64,000 nucleotides of DNA from Octopus vulgaris (Eukaryota). The stretch's first letter is position 1. The number at the start of each line of letters is the position of its first letter. The DNA lies in contig OX597825.1 in assembly GCA_951406725.2 (NCBI GenBank), forward strand, positions 8,928,001 through 8,992,000. The letters run 5' to 3'. The notes below the pieces were generated by a model. The model searched no databases and was not told the origin of the DNA. It saw nothing but the letters and a program-made list of their open reading frames with translations. Position numbers and translations under genes: made by a program. Positions 39,971-53,570 of this stretch are shown in pieces.

Positions 39971-39983
<13 letters not shown>
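39519..39983 (-). mobile_element. Second copy of the hammerhead element, permuted, with inverted terminal segment, between (TA)n tracts
   Basis: 39519-39630 matches 36350-36470 and 39630-39870 matches 35910-36155; 39900-39983 is the reverse complement of 39624-39707. Confidence 0.85.
39794..39869 (-). ncRNA. Type I hammerhead ribozyme, sister copy (A-C mismatch at 10.1-11.1)
   Basis: Minus strand: AATGTG-CTGAAGA-AGTC...GACC-GAAA-CCGAGG-TA|TGCATT. Confidence 0.78.
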
Positions 39984-40030
<47 letters not shown>

Positions 40031-40033
<3 letters not shown>

Positions 40034-40128
40034 AAAAAAGCAACAAGAATGGATTAAAATCTTGGTACAATTGTTTCGTACGAGGAGATTGTACCGAGAT
40101 TTTAATCCATTCTTGTTGCATTTTTCCT
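40031..40128. repeat. 41 bp-arm inverted repeat at the edge of a (TA)n-embedded element
   Basis: 40031-40071 pairs with 40088-40128 with two mismatches; 16 nt spacer. Confidence 0.9.
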
Positions 40129-40245
40129 TTGTGTAATCACCCCACTTGTCGTATGGTTAACACCATATAGATTTCCGGTGCATCCTAGTTAAGTACCATA
40201 TTCATGTGAATTCATTAGAATTCACTTGAATCTCAATTACTTAAA

Positions 40246-40295
<50 letters not shown>

Positions 40296-40442
40296 CTCCA
40301 TTTATGTTTAAAAATTAAACTTGTTTTACTAATAATTACACAATGCATATCTATATAAAAAAAACTGCGGTATTTACTCAATTTGTTTCTGTATTTTTCA
40401 TATATAGAATATATACATATATATATATATAAATACACACAC

Positions 40443-40537
<95 letters not shown>

Positions 40538-40759
40538 AGCAGCGGCGGTATATTCAGCTCTGTTAGGTAGAAGGAGAGAGTGAGAGAGAGAAAGAGAGAC
40601 AGAGGAAAGCCAATACATATGCCAAAGAACAAAAAGCAGTGAAAAGGGCAATAATAGCTAATATTATTTCTGTGACCCACCAGGGAGAAATTATGTGTGT
40701 GTGTATATATATGTATGTGTGCTAAAGGCTAGAGTGCGTGCAAATATACATGCATATAC

Positions 40760-40805
<46 letters not shown>

Positions 40806-41538
40806 CCAATCAGGCAGCCATTTGAAGATTAAGCTCATAAAACCTTATTAATGAGAAACAATAAAAAAGTATCTTAAAAACTCATACTTTTCCCAGATGG
40901 CCAAAGGTGGTTCCATTCAATCAATCAATGTCAGATTTCTGTTGACATTTTGACATAAAAATAAAAAAAAAGAAATGTTTCGATTCCACTCGCTCACCAC
41001 TTTTCTATTTCTCTAATCTTTTCCCCGTGTCTCCCTCTCTCTACGTCTCTCTCTCTCTTTCTCTCCCTCACTCGATCCAATTTATCTCACCTTGACTCTC
41101 AGTCGCCGTATTGTTTCCAGTGTATTTACTTTGCTCATAACATTAAATAGTTTCTTGACTTTTATTATGAAGTTGATAGTTGCATACAGAATCCGTTTGA
41201 TTCCGTGTAGAGAACCTAGATATCAGACCATTATTCTAATTAACGTCACCGGTATCGGTTTACGCCAATTATGTTAACGCTTGTTCATTATTATACAATC
41301 AGTGTAAATTTATACGGGATTTTAAAAGACCTTCAATAACTAGTCTGGAAGGATTGTTGGACAAAATCTCATTAGGGAAATTTCAAAATGACATTCGTCA
41401 CCAAGTATGTATGAATTGGTAAACATGAACAAATACACCGAAAAATTAATTAACGGTCCCAATCTAATAGCATACAGTAAACGGTAATTAGAGTTAGATT
41501 TACATACACACTTACACAAACACGGATGTATACATATG

Positions 41539-41614
<76 letters not shown>

Positions 41615-41619
<5 letters not shown>

Positions 41620-43245
41620 CCAAGTGAAATACCATGACGAAAACACAAAGCAAAGTTCATCGAAGCAAATCTCAGACAAAAAATATCCGATTTTTAACGC
41701 CAGGACAACAAACACTGGAATGAGAATTAAAAAACAAGAGGAAACATAGCTGAAGCTACTGAACGTATAGACTCTAAAAGAATTAATTTATCTAAATGAG
41801 GTTAAGACAATGATGAACTCCAACGTTCAGGGAACGTGTTGAAATTCACGCCTATGCCGGCAGTTAACCACGAAGAATTGGAAGAGCATATCCAAAAATT
41901 CAGTCGGTGAATTCTTTGCTAATAAAAGTAATGAAACTGATGAATCCCTAGTAAGGAATAAATTAAAGTTCACCCCAACTAAATGAAGAAATGACTATGT
42001 CGACCAATGCATTGTTATCCTGTCTAAATTTCCCCTGAGACACAATACTAATGTTAGGCCAGATATTAACAAATCAGGGAGATCTGCACTTTAACGCCTA
42101 CGAAATGATAACACAATAATCATTAAACCAGTAGATAAATGAGTGGCAGTCATAATGTATGCCGAATACTACAGGAATTTAGTTGAGGACACAATATTCT
42201 ATTGGGAAATGCATTCAAATATAGACCACCACATTATGAAGAAGATCAATAAACTGGTTTCAAAAACATAATTCCTTTGCTAATAATGAAAGAGACGACA
42301 CCACCAGTTGCGAACCAAAACACTGCAACTTCTATGGCTTATCAAAACTACACTTCAAAAGGAATTCAGCATGCAGTAAAGGAAAAAGAAAAGGAGTACA
42401 TAAAATTAATATACCCTTACACATATTATGGCGGGTCCAGAATGCCCTACCCACTGTCTAAGCAATCTTATTGATATTATTTTGAAGCTATTATGCAATC
42501 ACATCAGAGGGGACTTCAAATTCCTACCCAACCTTCTCAAAATAACGGAATCGAATTCCCTTTTTCTTTGTTTTGATGTGCTTGGGTTTGATGGTTTAGG
42601 AATATAGGCGATTAAATACTAGGTAGAAAAACATAAAGTACTGATTCCTAGTAGATTCAGCGTACATCATATATTAGACGCAGTCAAACATTTACTTGAA
42701 AATGACATTAATTTTCAATGGAAAGAATTACATCCAAATTAGAGGCAAAACAATGGGAACGAAATTTGCACCTGTTTATGCGAATTCCGTAATGGGATGA
42801 TTAGAAACAGACCTTTATCAAACAGTAGAGGAAAACTACGGCACTTAATTTAAAAGGTATATTGACGATACTTGGAAGAGATTCTTTGAGGATAGCTTCA
42901 AAATCTGGACAAAATTTTTAGATACTCTGGAAGAATTTTAAAATTTACACCCAAACCTTCAATTTACAAAGAAAATGTGTACCATTTGTAGACATAACAC
43001 CATCACCACTGATATATACTATAAACACAGACACGCATCAATCGTTGGACATCAATTCGTGCCATCCAACACATGCAAAACGCAATATCCCACACTGCCT
43101 AAACAGAAATATTTGTGCCATTTTGGAAGATATGAATACCTGAGTCAACCGCCTAACAGAACTCAAAGACTTTCTACTTAAAGAAAAATACCCCACTCCA
43201 CTTAAAGATAATGGTATACAGCGTGCTATGGAAATATCAACTCAT
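41615..43245 (+). mobile_element. Penelope-like retroelement reverse transcriptase pseudogene
   Basis: Colinear PLE motifs across stops/frameshifts: INLS..LKFTPMP, IIIKPVDK, FYGLSKLH, IMAGPECPTHCLSNLIDIILK, CFDV, QIRGKTMGTKFAPVYANSVMG, WKRFFEDSFKIW, LHPNLQFT, TDIYYK, SCHP..KRNIP. Begins at a (TA)n tract; no GIY-YIG domain seen. Confidence 0.9.
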
Positions 43246-43904
43246 CAGTATACAATACTTAAATCAGCGATGATCAAAATATCGCCGCGCGTTCAGTTAT
43301 ATTTCAACGCCCGTTTACACTTAATCGCGCACAAACATTCGCTTCATATCCTGCGAGCAGTCCTCCTTATTGACGATTTGAATTATACAGTTTCATATCG
43401 ATACTCAATGCACATGGCTGTGTTTCATCAGTTTCTCCAAGCGGAGGTCTTTTCATGATTTACAATAAACAAACGTAATAGAAAACAACTGTATAGAACC
43501 ATATATCATATATATATGTATTTGTAAGAAACTCCAGACTCTTAGATTGGAGCACTTGTGTGTTATCTATACAATCAAAGACCGTTATAGACATATCTGA
43601 TTTTTGTTAATGTAACAGATGTAACTATGAGACAGCTCTATCTAGAAATACACACGGATGTATATTCTAATATCTGTAAAAATAGATTATGTTGTTTGGT
43701 GTATATTTAAGTGCTAAGCTGCTGAGATGTTTTAAATTAACCCTGCTTTATTTTATCACTTGTTATCGTAGCATTATCTTTCATAAACGAATCGCATAAA
43801 TTATTGTATCTGTTTTAATATTTGAATTAATCTACGTTAGAGTGTGATGCAATGTGTCAGAGGTGGAGAGACGGGTTATAGCAAGTGAAACAGAATGCAA
43901 AAGC

Positions 43905-45152
43905 AGGAGAGGAGGAGGAGGAGGAGGAGGAGGAGGAGGAGGAGGAGGAAGATGGGTAGACAAAGAGGGAAAGAAGAAGAAGGAGAAGAAGAAGGAGAAG
44001 AAGAAGAGAAGAAGAAGATGACGAAGAAGAAGAAGGGGTAGAAGAAGAAGAAGAAGAAGAAGAAGAAGGAGAAGAAGGAGAAGAAGGAGAAGAAGAAGAA
44101 GACGAAGAAGAAGGGTAGAAGAAGAAGAAGAATACAAGAAGAAGAAGAAGATGAAGGAGAAGAAGAAGGAGAAGAAGAAGGAAAAGAAGAAGGAAAAGAA
44201 GAAGAAGAAGAAGAAGAAGAAGGAGAAGAAGAAGGAGAAGGAGAAGAAGGAGAAGAAGAAGAAGGAGAAGAAGAAGGAGAAGAAGAAGGAGAAGAAGAAG
44301 AAGAAGAAGAAGAAGAAGAAGGAGAAGAAGAAGGAGAAGAAGAAGAAGGAGAAGAAGAAGGAGAAGAAGAAGGAGAAGGAGAAGAAGAAGAAGAAGAAGG
44401 AGAAGGAGAAGAAGAAGAAGAAGAAGAAGAAGAAGGAGAAGGAGAAGAAGAAGAAGAAGAAGAAGAAGATGAAGGGTAGAAGAAGTAGAAGGGTACAAGA
44501 AGAAGAAGAAGGAGAAGAAGGAGAAGAAGAAGAAGAAGAAGAAGAAGGAGAAGAAGGAGAAGAAGAAGAAGACGAAGAAGAAGGGTAGAAGAAGTAGAAG
44601 GGTACAAGAAGAAGAAGAAGAAGAAGGAGAAGAAGAAGGAGAAGAAGAAGGAAAAGAAGAAGGAAAAGAAGAAGAAGAAGAAGAAGAAGAAGGAGAAGAA
44701 GAAGAAGAAGAAGAAGAAGAAGGGTAGAAGAAGTAGAAGGGTACAAGAAGAAGAAGGAGAAGAAGGAGAAGAAGAAGAAGAAGAAGAAGAAGAAGAAGGA
44801 TAAGGAGAAGGAGAAGAAGAAGAAGTAGAAAACAGAAGAAGGAGAAGGGGAAGAAGGAGGAGGAGAAGAAGGAGGAGGAGAAGAAGAAGGAGGAGGGGGA
44901 GAAGGAGCAGGAGGAGGGGAGAAGAAGAAGAAGGAGATGATGATGAGGATGATGATGATGATGAGGAGGAGGAGGAGGAGGATAAAGAAGAAGGAGAAGA
45001 AGTAGAAAACAAAAGAAGGAGGAGGAGATGAGGAGGAGGAGGAGCAGGAGGGGGATGATGATGATGATGATAAAGAAGAAGAAGAAGAAGAAGAAGAAGA
45101 AGAAGAAGAAGAAGAAGAAGAAGAAGAAAAAGAAGAAGAAGAAGAAGAAGGG
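43905..45152. repeat. 1.25 kb polypurine (GAA/GGA/GAT)n compound repeat
   Basis: Almost pure purine top strand with recurrent gaagggtagaagaagtagaagggtacaa punctuation. Confidence 0.97.
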
Positions 45153-46035
45153 AAAGCTCAGAAACTGTAGAGAGCTTAATAGACTACTTTATTGGAATGG
45201 TTTAGAAATTTTGAATCAGCTTTTTTTCTTTTTTATTGCATTTATTTGAAGCTATCAAATTGTATTGAATTGATTTAACTGCCGTTTGAGAAAAGATTTC
45301 ATGTAAAATGCTTTAGATTATTTTAGAACAAAAGCTGATGAAAATTCAGCGAAGTGGAGACAACTCATCCGTTGCGTACTAGGATTGTTATCACTTTTTC
45401 ATTACTGCCTCTACACTTCGTTCTCCTCTACTACCAATCTAATAATAGCAAGATCACTACTACCGCATCCACAGCTGCTGCTGCCGTCGCTGGTTCTGCT
45501 GTGTTACTGCTGCTGTATTTTTTTTTGCTATTATTTTTAATATTTATTACTTATATCATTAATGTTGCCACTTGTGTTATGCTGTGTTCGTTACTCTTGA
45601 TATTAATGCAACTGTTTGTTTTCCCAAATGGATGTGAAATGTCATATTAAATTCGAGATAAATCAATACAAACAGAACGACGTCGAGATAGAAATGATTG
45701 TACTAACTTCACGAGTTATCCTATATTTATAAACAGACAAAGGTTACAACACTCGTAGACTAACCGATGATTCTGTATGAGTTTTGATGGCTAAATATAG
45801 CTATGTAATTAAATATTAAACGGAATAAATATATTTAAAACAAAAAAACTATAGTCGTAGTACACAGATGATTGGAAGAGCAATGTTATGGCGAATCACT
45901 GACTGAACTTAACATTTGAAGTCAAATTCGGAAGGGTTGTGAAGAATTGAAATCATCAGAGTTCGAGAGATAAAAGTGTGCGTATTTCTCTATAACACAC
46001 ATGATACGTAAATAGATAAACACACACACATACAC

Positions 46036-46106
<71 letters not shown>

Positions 46107-46118
46107 TACATATATGTA

Positions 46119-46168
<50 letters not shown>

Positions 46169-46178
46169 CATATATATA

Positions 46179-46238
<60 letters not shown>

Positions 46239-46271
46239 CGTATGTATACGCATATATATGCATATACATGA

Positions 46272-46638
46272 TTTTTATTCTTTTATTTCTTTTGTTTGTT
46301 TCTGTCATTTGACTGCATCAACGCTGAAGTATCGACCCCAGAAATTATTCTTTATAAGCTTAGTACTTATTCTATCGGTCACTTTTGCCGAACCGCTATA
46401 TTACGGGGATATTAACATAAAAAAGCGTTAATGAAGGGACAAACGCAGACACACAATCATAAACATATATATAAATACGACGGGCTTCTTTCAGTTTCCG
46501 TCTTACAAATCAACTCACAAGGCTTTGGTCGGCTCGAGGCTATAGTAGAAGACACCTGCCGAAGTTGCAACGCAGTGGGACTGAACCCGGAACCATGTAA
46601 TTCTTAAGCAAGCTACTTACCACACAGCCACTCCTGCG

Positions 46639-46641
<3 letters not shown>
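46272..46641 (-). mobile_element. SINE family A
   Basis: Reverse complement of the family A consensus; head ctcctgcgcct abuts (TA)n. Confidence 0.93.
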
Positions 46642-46698
<57 letters not shown>

Positions 46699-49600
46699 CA
46701 GACATAAATATATTTAGGTATGATATGTTTTGTTAAGAACATGGCAGAGTACAGCATAAAGCTCGTCCATCTTCAGATTTACCATGTACTGTCCAGTGGT
46801 AGTATTATACGTATTTTCAAGTTTGTGTTCGGGCATCTGTTGTGTGTGAATAGATAATGAGAAAAAAGATTGAGTCAACAAGATGTTGCGATAAATAAAT
46901 CACGAGACGAACAATCAAAATAACACGGGCGGCCTTCTTCCCTGCAACTATCGTACTCATGTTTCCCTTGGAAATGTTGAATTAGTAACGAAGTCATTAA
47001 GTGAATACACTCCAGTCTTCCTGTATGCGCCTGTGTTGTGTCAGTCAATCATAGAAAAATATAAAAGAAATGAGAAAAGTATGTTTACATATCTGGACTT
47101 GTGAGCTATGGTGGATTAAACAATATAGAGTCGTGTTTATGATTAATGGGTTTTAAAAATATTGAACAGAATTTAAAATGTAATATGCCGTGAGTAGATA
47201 TTCTTTCTCTGGCCTTTGTTTATTATTCATGTATTTATTTACTTCTATGAATTTCATATGTAGTATAGTATTTGAAGGGATTATGTGTAATGTCTTTCTT
47301 TTTATTATTTTGAGATACAATGTTTATGGAAATATATTTTGAAGTTAGATTTTCTAGTAGTGAATGAGAATCAACTCTTGATACGTTTTTTAAATGTGGA
47401 TTTAGATATCGATTTTATGGAAAAGAGATCATGACAACGCAGTGACAAACTATACAATGTTTAAAGGTAATGTTTTTTTTTTTACAAGAGGAAATTTAAA
47501 AGTTAAAAATTATTTGAATATTGATTAATTAAAATTAAAGTCAGGTTGAAATTTATTTCAAAATTCTAAGAAAAATTGTTTTGGAAATCATAATTCAAGA
47601 AATGAAAAAAATTATATTAAACTAAAGAATTTGAAAAAGTTCATGTAATAATTTAGAAAGAAATAATTAACAAGTGTATTAGCTGCAAAATTCCAATACT
47701 TCCTTAACTGCGATAGAATGTGTGCGATATGCTTCATAAATTTCAAGTTAATGTTCTTATTTGTAGGTCATTTAACATTATCAGGAAAGAAGTTAATGTA
47801 ATATTAAGACGCTAACAAGCAAACATATATAAAAAAGATGCAACATTATAAATATGGAAAGGGCATGTTTTGTGGGGATCATATGTGTATAGGGCTTAAT
47901 ATTTTGCCAAATATACTTCCACATACAGAATCTGTGTGTTACTTCATTGGTTGTCGATCGACCTATAATATTCTATAGGCATCAGCATTGCGGATACCGG
48001 CGTTTCTTCTTTTTACCTTCAAAATCTTTCAAACATAAAGTATAAGAATATCGGAATCCAAAAAGGTAAAGGGTGTACCAATAGAAACCTCTCATCGCCT
48101 CTTTAAGTGCTTTATGTTTCTGAAGAAGTACATATTTTTTAAGAATGATATAACCTCTAATGAAGAATTGTTTCTCTATATCACAAAATCCCTCTAAAAC
48201 ATCAGCCGTACACTATAAGAATACTGCTTCGACATTGAAAAATGTTACACAGAAATCGAAATATTTCTATCATAGATAATTTTGTCTATTTCATACTTCG
48301 TAGTTAACGACGAACACACTTTTCAACCCCCACGTTCTGAAGTATCTTCTAACCCCCTACAACCATGCACACTGAAAGTGATCTCTGAATATTAACAAAC
48401 CAGCAACATGCAATTACTTATTCAATTTATTCACCGAAACGAGAGTGGTCGTTACATATAGAAAATGAATTATTTCCAAACAGATTCAAATCTACAGCTA
48501 CCACTTTAGATAAAATATGTAAATATTACATTTTATTTCATATCTTTCTGTATACATAATTTCTTTAGTTTAATAGATTTTAGTTTTCATTTCCAGGTTT
48601 GAAATAATTCAAAAGATATGAGCTAACGCAGCATTTAATGTACAATTATTTGTTTTTCTTTCGTGAGAATCACGTGAATATTTTAACAATTTTTATTTAA
48701 CTAAATATGTTTTTATACAACGGTATTATCTGCGACATCAGATTAAGTTTGACGTAAATAAAAGTTGATCAAATGTTAGGAGATTTTGTTGTTATTTCAT
48801 TTATTTTCATTTTTGTTACATTTCTAAACGAATTATATTTTCCATTTTAAAACAATGGATTAAAATATTAAAAACATATTCATTAGACCTGCGAAATATA
48901 ATTCCACATAATTTAATTAAATTTCTTTTCCTTGAAAGTTAAAGTGCGATTGTAAATCTCTGCTCAATGTAAAAATAAAAAGGATAAAACAAAATCAGGG
49001 AAAAATTCATACATTTGTTTGGTTTTTATATTTCTAATTTCAAATAAATCACGTTCATGGTCCCAGTTATTCATTTTTTCTACAAAATTGAGGTAATCTA
49101 ATTAAATAATATTTAATTTTCTTGTAAATATAAACATAAATCTAACTTTAATGGCCTATGTAGTTTAGAAATTATGTTTTATTACCTAACCTACCTGTTA
49201 ATGATTCCCAATGTAAATTTTGTGTTGTTTATTATTAAGTAAACCATTTCATTTTGCTGTGATAAAACCTTAACGTAAATCGAATGCTATTTAAGCGTAA
49301 GAAGCAAAAACGTAGAAATGCTATTAACTTCTCGCATACACCGTAAAAATTATTATAACTCACCTCGACACACACGCAGCTACTGAAAAAAGGGAACTTC
49401 CAATAGGGCGTTGTAAATTTTTGGAATACCTGTATTTGAACCAATATGGAGCTAAAGTTCACCGTCACCTTCCAGTATTCACTCTGCTTGAAGATGTGCT
49501 CTTGTTGTTGTTATAATGTGTTTCGTCTCCCAAAATTAAGAAACACACTCAATTTAAACAGAAATTTTAGTGACTACATCAAGACTCATTTTCGTCAAGA

Positions 49601-49894
49601 GTGCCTTGGAAAGAAATAAAATTAACTGGTTACTTTGATGAGTTTATTGGGTGAGATTCTCGTCTGGATGTTGTAGGTTATGGTTTCAAATCCAATTTAA
49701 ACAGACTCACATAGCTTTCGTGGATTTCTGATGTGACACACGAGGAGACGCATTCGAACATCTCCATTGCATAGACCCGTGCAGCTCTGGAGACTGGTAA
49801 CTGCTGTTATTTATGTTACTTCTACTCTTCTGAATAAGAATTGTTTTTTTTTTGCAAATTTTATTGAGTCGAAGTTAAAACACACTCAAGAAAT

Positions 49895-50110
49895 CTTGAT
49901 TGTACAATTCATATCTTGACAGGGAAGTGAGTCCAAGTAAAATCCAGCAATGGCCTAAAAGCTCTGGACTAAAAGGAGAAAGAGAAGGACGTATTCTCGC
50001 GGCACAAAACAAATACATGACCACGAACATCTACGAAAGCAGAATAATGAAAACAGGAACTAGCACTAAATGCAGAATGTGAAAGAAGCACAACGAAGCA
50101 TGACCGATTA
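49895..50110 (+). mobile_element. R4/Dong-like LINE fragment preceding the zinc knuckle
   Basis: QWPKSSGLKGEREGRILAAQN..TTNIY..I.K....KCRM* matches W..SGLK.ETEG.I.AAQDQ...T..Y......CR.C. Confidence 0.75.
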
Positions 50111-50172
50111 AGCAACTATATCCACTGGAGAGTAAGTCAATACTACAACGCAAAAACTAACGAGAAATGGTA

Positions 50173-50310
50173 TAAGGCTGCGATCTGGCAGGAATTTTAG
50201 CGCGCCGGGCGAAATGGATAACGGCATTTTGTCTGTCGCTACGTTCTGAGTTCAAATTCCGCCGAGGTCGACTTTGATTTTCATCTTTTCGGGCTCGATT
50301 AAATAAGCAC
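50173..50310 (+). mobile_element. SINE family B 5' part
   Basis: aaggctgcgatctggcagga..gcgccgggcgaaat..gttcaaattccgccgaggtcgac. Confidence 0.88.
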
Positions 50311-50619
50311 ATTGTAGGTGAGGGTTTTTTCTCCATGTACTCCATGATTTATGTTAGGGGGCGACAACTTCACATCGCCGCCCACCTTATGTGTTTATCT
50401 TGCCATTCTCCTTCAGTCTTCAATCCGTTCTTCACCTCCGCAGCCTCCGCAAAACTCTGTTTTTTCCAATATTTTATCCATTTTTTCACGGTTCCTTCTC
50501 CACTAAAGACAACTCAGGCCCGCTAAGGTCTGAATACATTGTCTCTACCCGCAAAACAGCAAACAAAAACCCCCAAAACATCCGACTCGCACACAAACGA
50601 CAAACCAAATGCACTCTGG

Positions 50620-50670
50620 GTAACCGGAAGCCTGGCAACAAGCTACTTACCACGTAGCCTCACCTGCGCC
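50620..50670 (-). mobile_element. SINE family A head fragment
   Basis: caagctacttaccacgtagcctcacctgcgcc followed by TACA/TA microsatellite. Confidence 0.7.
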
Positions 50671-50675
50671 TATAC

Positions 50676-50731
<56 letters not shown>

Positions 50732-50735
<4 letters not shown>

Positions 50736-51026
50736 ATATAAGAGAGTGGTCACTATATGGCTCACTCTAGCACTAGTTAATCCAAAAGGTTTCAACCACA
50801 AAAATACATGTTTCCCATGAAAGTCAGTACGATTGTTAGCTCACACGGACAGGGCAAATAAAAAATAACAAAAATAATCTGTATTTTTGTTATTTTTTAT
50901 TTGCCCTGTCCGTGTGAGCTAACAATCGTACTGACTTTCATGGGAAACATGTATTTTTGTGGTTGAAACCTTTTGGATTAACTAGTGCTAGAGTGAGCCA
51001 TATAGTGACCACTCTCTTATATTTAT
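50732..51026. repeat. Apparently perfect 145 bp-arm palindrome with 5 nt spacer
   Basis: 50732-50876 is the reverse complement of 50882-51026; spacer ATCTG. Confidence 0.97.
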
Positions 51027-51155
51027 TTTGTAAAAATATTATAATATATTATAAAATATTATAATAATCCAGGTTTCTCGGAGCACTAGGCCACTTGGTG
51101 TTGAATAGATATACTATTAAATTAGTATCTAATTCTCTCACCCTTATTAATTAAT

Positions 51156-51195
<40 letters not shown>

Positions 51196-51316
51196 TGTTT
51201 CTGGGGAGAATCATTTTCTTTTTGTGCCTTATAACGTAACATACTGACCGGTAAAATTTCCCCTTTTTTATTTTTTTTACTTTTATCTTATTTTTAGTTT
51301 CCTAATACACATATAC

Positions 51317-51475
<159 letters not shown>

Positions 51476-51484
51476 GTATTATTA

Positions 51485-51720
51485 TGTGTGTGCCTTTGTG
51501 TCTGTGTTTGCCCTACCACTATTGCTTGACAAACGGCGTTGGTGTGTTTACGTACCCGTAAGTTAGAGCTTCATAAAAAGAGACAGACCGTATAAGCATT
51601 AGGCTTACAAAGAATGAGTACTGGAGTCGAATTTAACCCGCTAAGGTAAAACCCCGTTAAGGCGTTGCTCCAGCATGACCGGTGTCAACTGACTGAAACA
51701 AGTAAAGAATAGAAGAATAA
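51485..51720 (+). mobile_element. SINE family A 3' half
   Basis: tgtgtctgtgtttg..gcttgacaa..ggcttacaaagaat..gctccagcatg..gactgaaacaagtaaaga. Confidence 0.88.
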
Positions 51721-52273
51721 AAAAATTCATAAACGTTCTTAGTTAAAAAAGCAACGTATGCAGTCATGGCAGATTTTTGGCTCTCACACTCTGCATATGC
51801 AGCCAGAATTATGTTATGAGATACGAAGAGAATAGTTTTGTGATAAACATAAGTCGAAAAATGTCAAACCGTCTAGAATGTCTTTTATGTAAGGTATGTC
51901 ATTTCGCTGAGGCTGAGAGATCAAAGCAAATCTACCGAATAACCTGTTTTACGAACAATGCAAGATTTGAGAAATGCGCATAAACACTGCGTGAGTAATT
52001 AATATATACGGTGCAATAGGTTTGACGAGATGCAAATGGATCTACAAGCATGCGTACATATATACTTGTGTGTGTGTGTATGTATATATATATATATTTA
52101 TATTTATATATATACATCCATACATACATACATATATATATATATATACATACATACATACATACATAGATATATAAATATATATATAAATTTTACAATA
52201 TATACATTTTATATGTATACTTATATATATATATATGTATACATATATGTATGTGTATATATATGTATATATA

Positions 52274-52318
<45 letters not shown>

Positions 52319-52943
52319 GAATGTGTGTATGCATATAGATTTTTCCATCTATCCATACATATATACACATATATATATATATGTGTGTGTGTGTGAGTGT
52401 GTGTGTATACATGTATACACATATATGCCTTTTCCTACGTCTATAGCTATCTACCTATCTACACCGAGATCTCAAAAGTAAATGAACGATCCTCGCGTTT
52501 AAGTTAATTCTTAACTCAAAAATGAAATAGTTTATATTTATATGAAAACAATGCCTCAGCTGTTTTATCAAATACCTTACATAGTCGTAATTAACCACCG
52601 TACTGAATAAATACAATCTACATCGTTACACTCTGCCCCTTTTTTCCTATTACTAAATGACCTTTCTTCATCTGTCGCTTAGTGTTTTCTTTGAAGAAGA
52701 GTGGTACAAGGAAACTAAAATCTGCGTGACAAGTTCATGGAGGTTGCTCGCTGTTTACTGCTACAAAGGATTTTCGGTACGATAAACGAGACGTTTTTGT
52801 TGTTTTTCTTGTTTTTCTTTCTATTTCTTGGTATTTTATTTTTTTAAATCGTTCGTTCTAATATTGCAAATCTAAAAACATTTTCCTTAAGAGATATAGC
52901 AATAAATACGAACATGTTTATCTGGATATATTCGCATTGGGAA

Positions 52944-53120
52944 AGGCGGCTAACTGACGGAATTGCTAGAGCGTTTTTACATTCTGAGTTCAAATTCCAC
53001 TCGGATCGACTCTGCCATTCATCCCTTTGGGGTCGATGAAATGAGTACAAGTTGAGAAATGCGATCGAAGTTATAGAATTATCCCTCCATCAATATTTCT
53101 CGCTTATGCCAAACATTAAG
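52944..53120 (+). mobile_element. SINE family B, diverged
   Basis: aaggcggc..ttctgagttcaaattcc..ttcatccctttggggtcgat. Confidence 0.8.
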
Positions 53121-53154
53121 TAATTTTATAGGTTGTTTATATTCTCTTTCTCTT

Positions 53155-53357
53155 TCTCTTTTACTTGTTTCAGTCATTTGACTGGGGCCATGCTGGAGCA
53201 CCGCCTTTAATCGAGCAACTCGACCCTGGGCCTTATTCTTTTGTAAGCCCAGTACTTATTTTATCAGTCTCTTTTGCCGAACCGCTAAGTAACGGGGACA
53301 TAAACACACTAGCATCGGTTGTCAAGCAATGCTGGGGGACAAACACAGATACACAAA

Positions 53358-53409
<52 letters not shown>

Positions 53410-53570
53410 TACGACGGGCTTCTTTCAGTTTCCGTCTACCAAATCCACTCACAAGGCTTTGGTCGGCCCGAGGATATAGTAGAAGACACTTGCCCAAGGT
53501 ACCACGCAGTGGGACTGAACCCGGAACTATGTGGTTGGTAAATAAGCTACTTATCACACAGCCACTCCTG
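53155..53570 (-). mobile_element. SINE family A, full length
   Basis: Complete reverse-complement match to 56077-56510 including the internal (TA)n. Confidence 0.95.

Noticed and set aside
43832-45012. 304-378 aa ORFs rich in L/S/F/K/E
   Set aside because: Stop-free frames of the GAA repeat.
50925-50960. CTGAC..GAAACATGTA inside the palindrome arm
   Set aside because: Core lacks the GA of CUGANGA and stems I/II do not pair; too weak to call a hammerhead.
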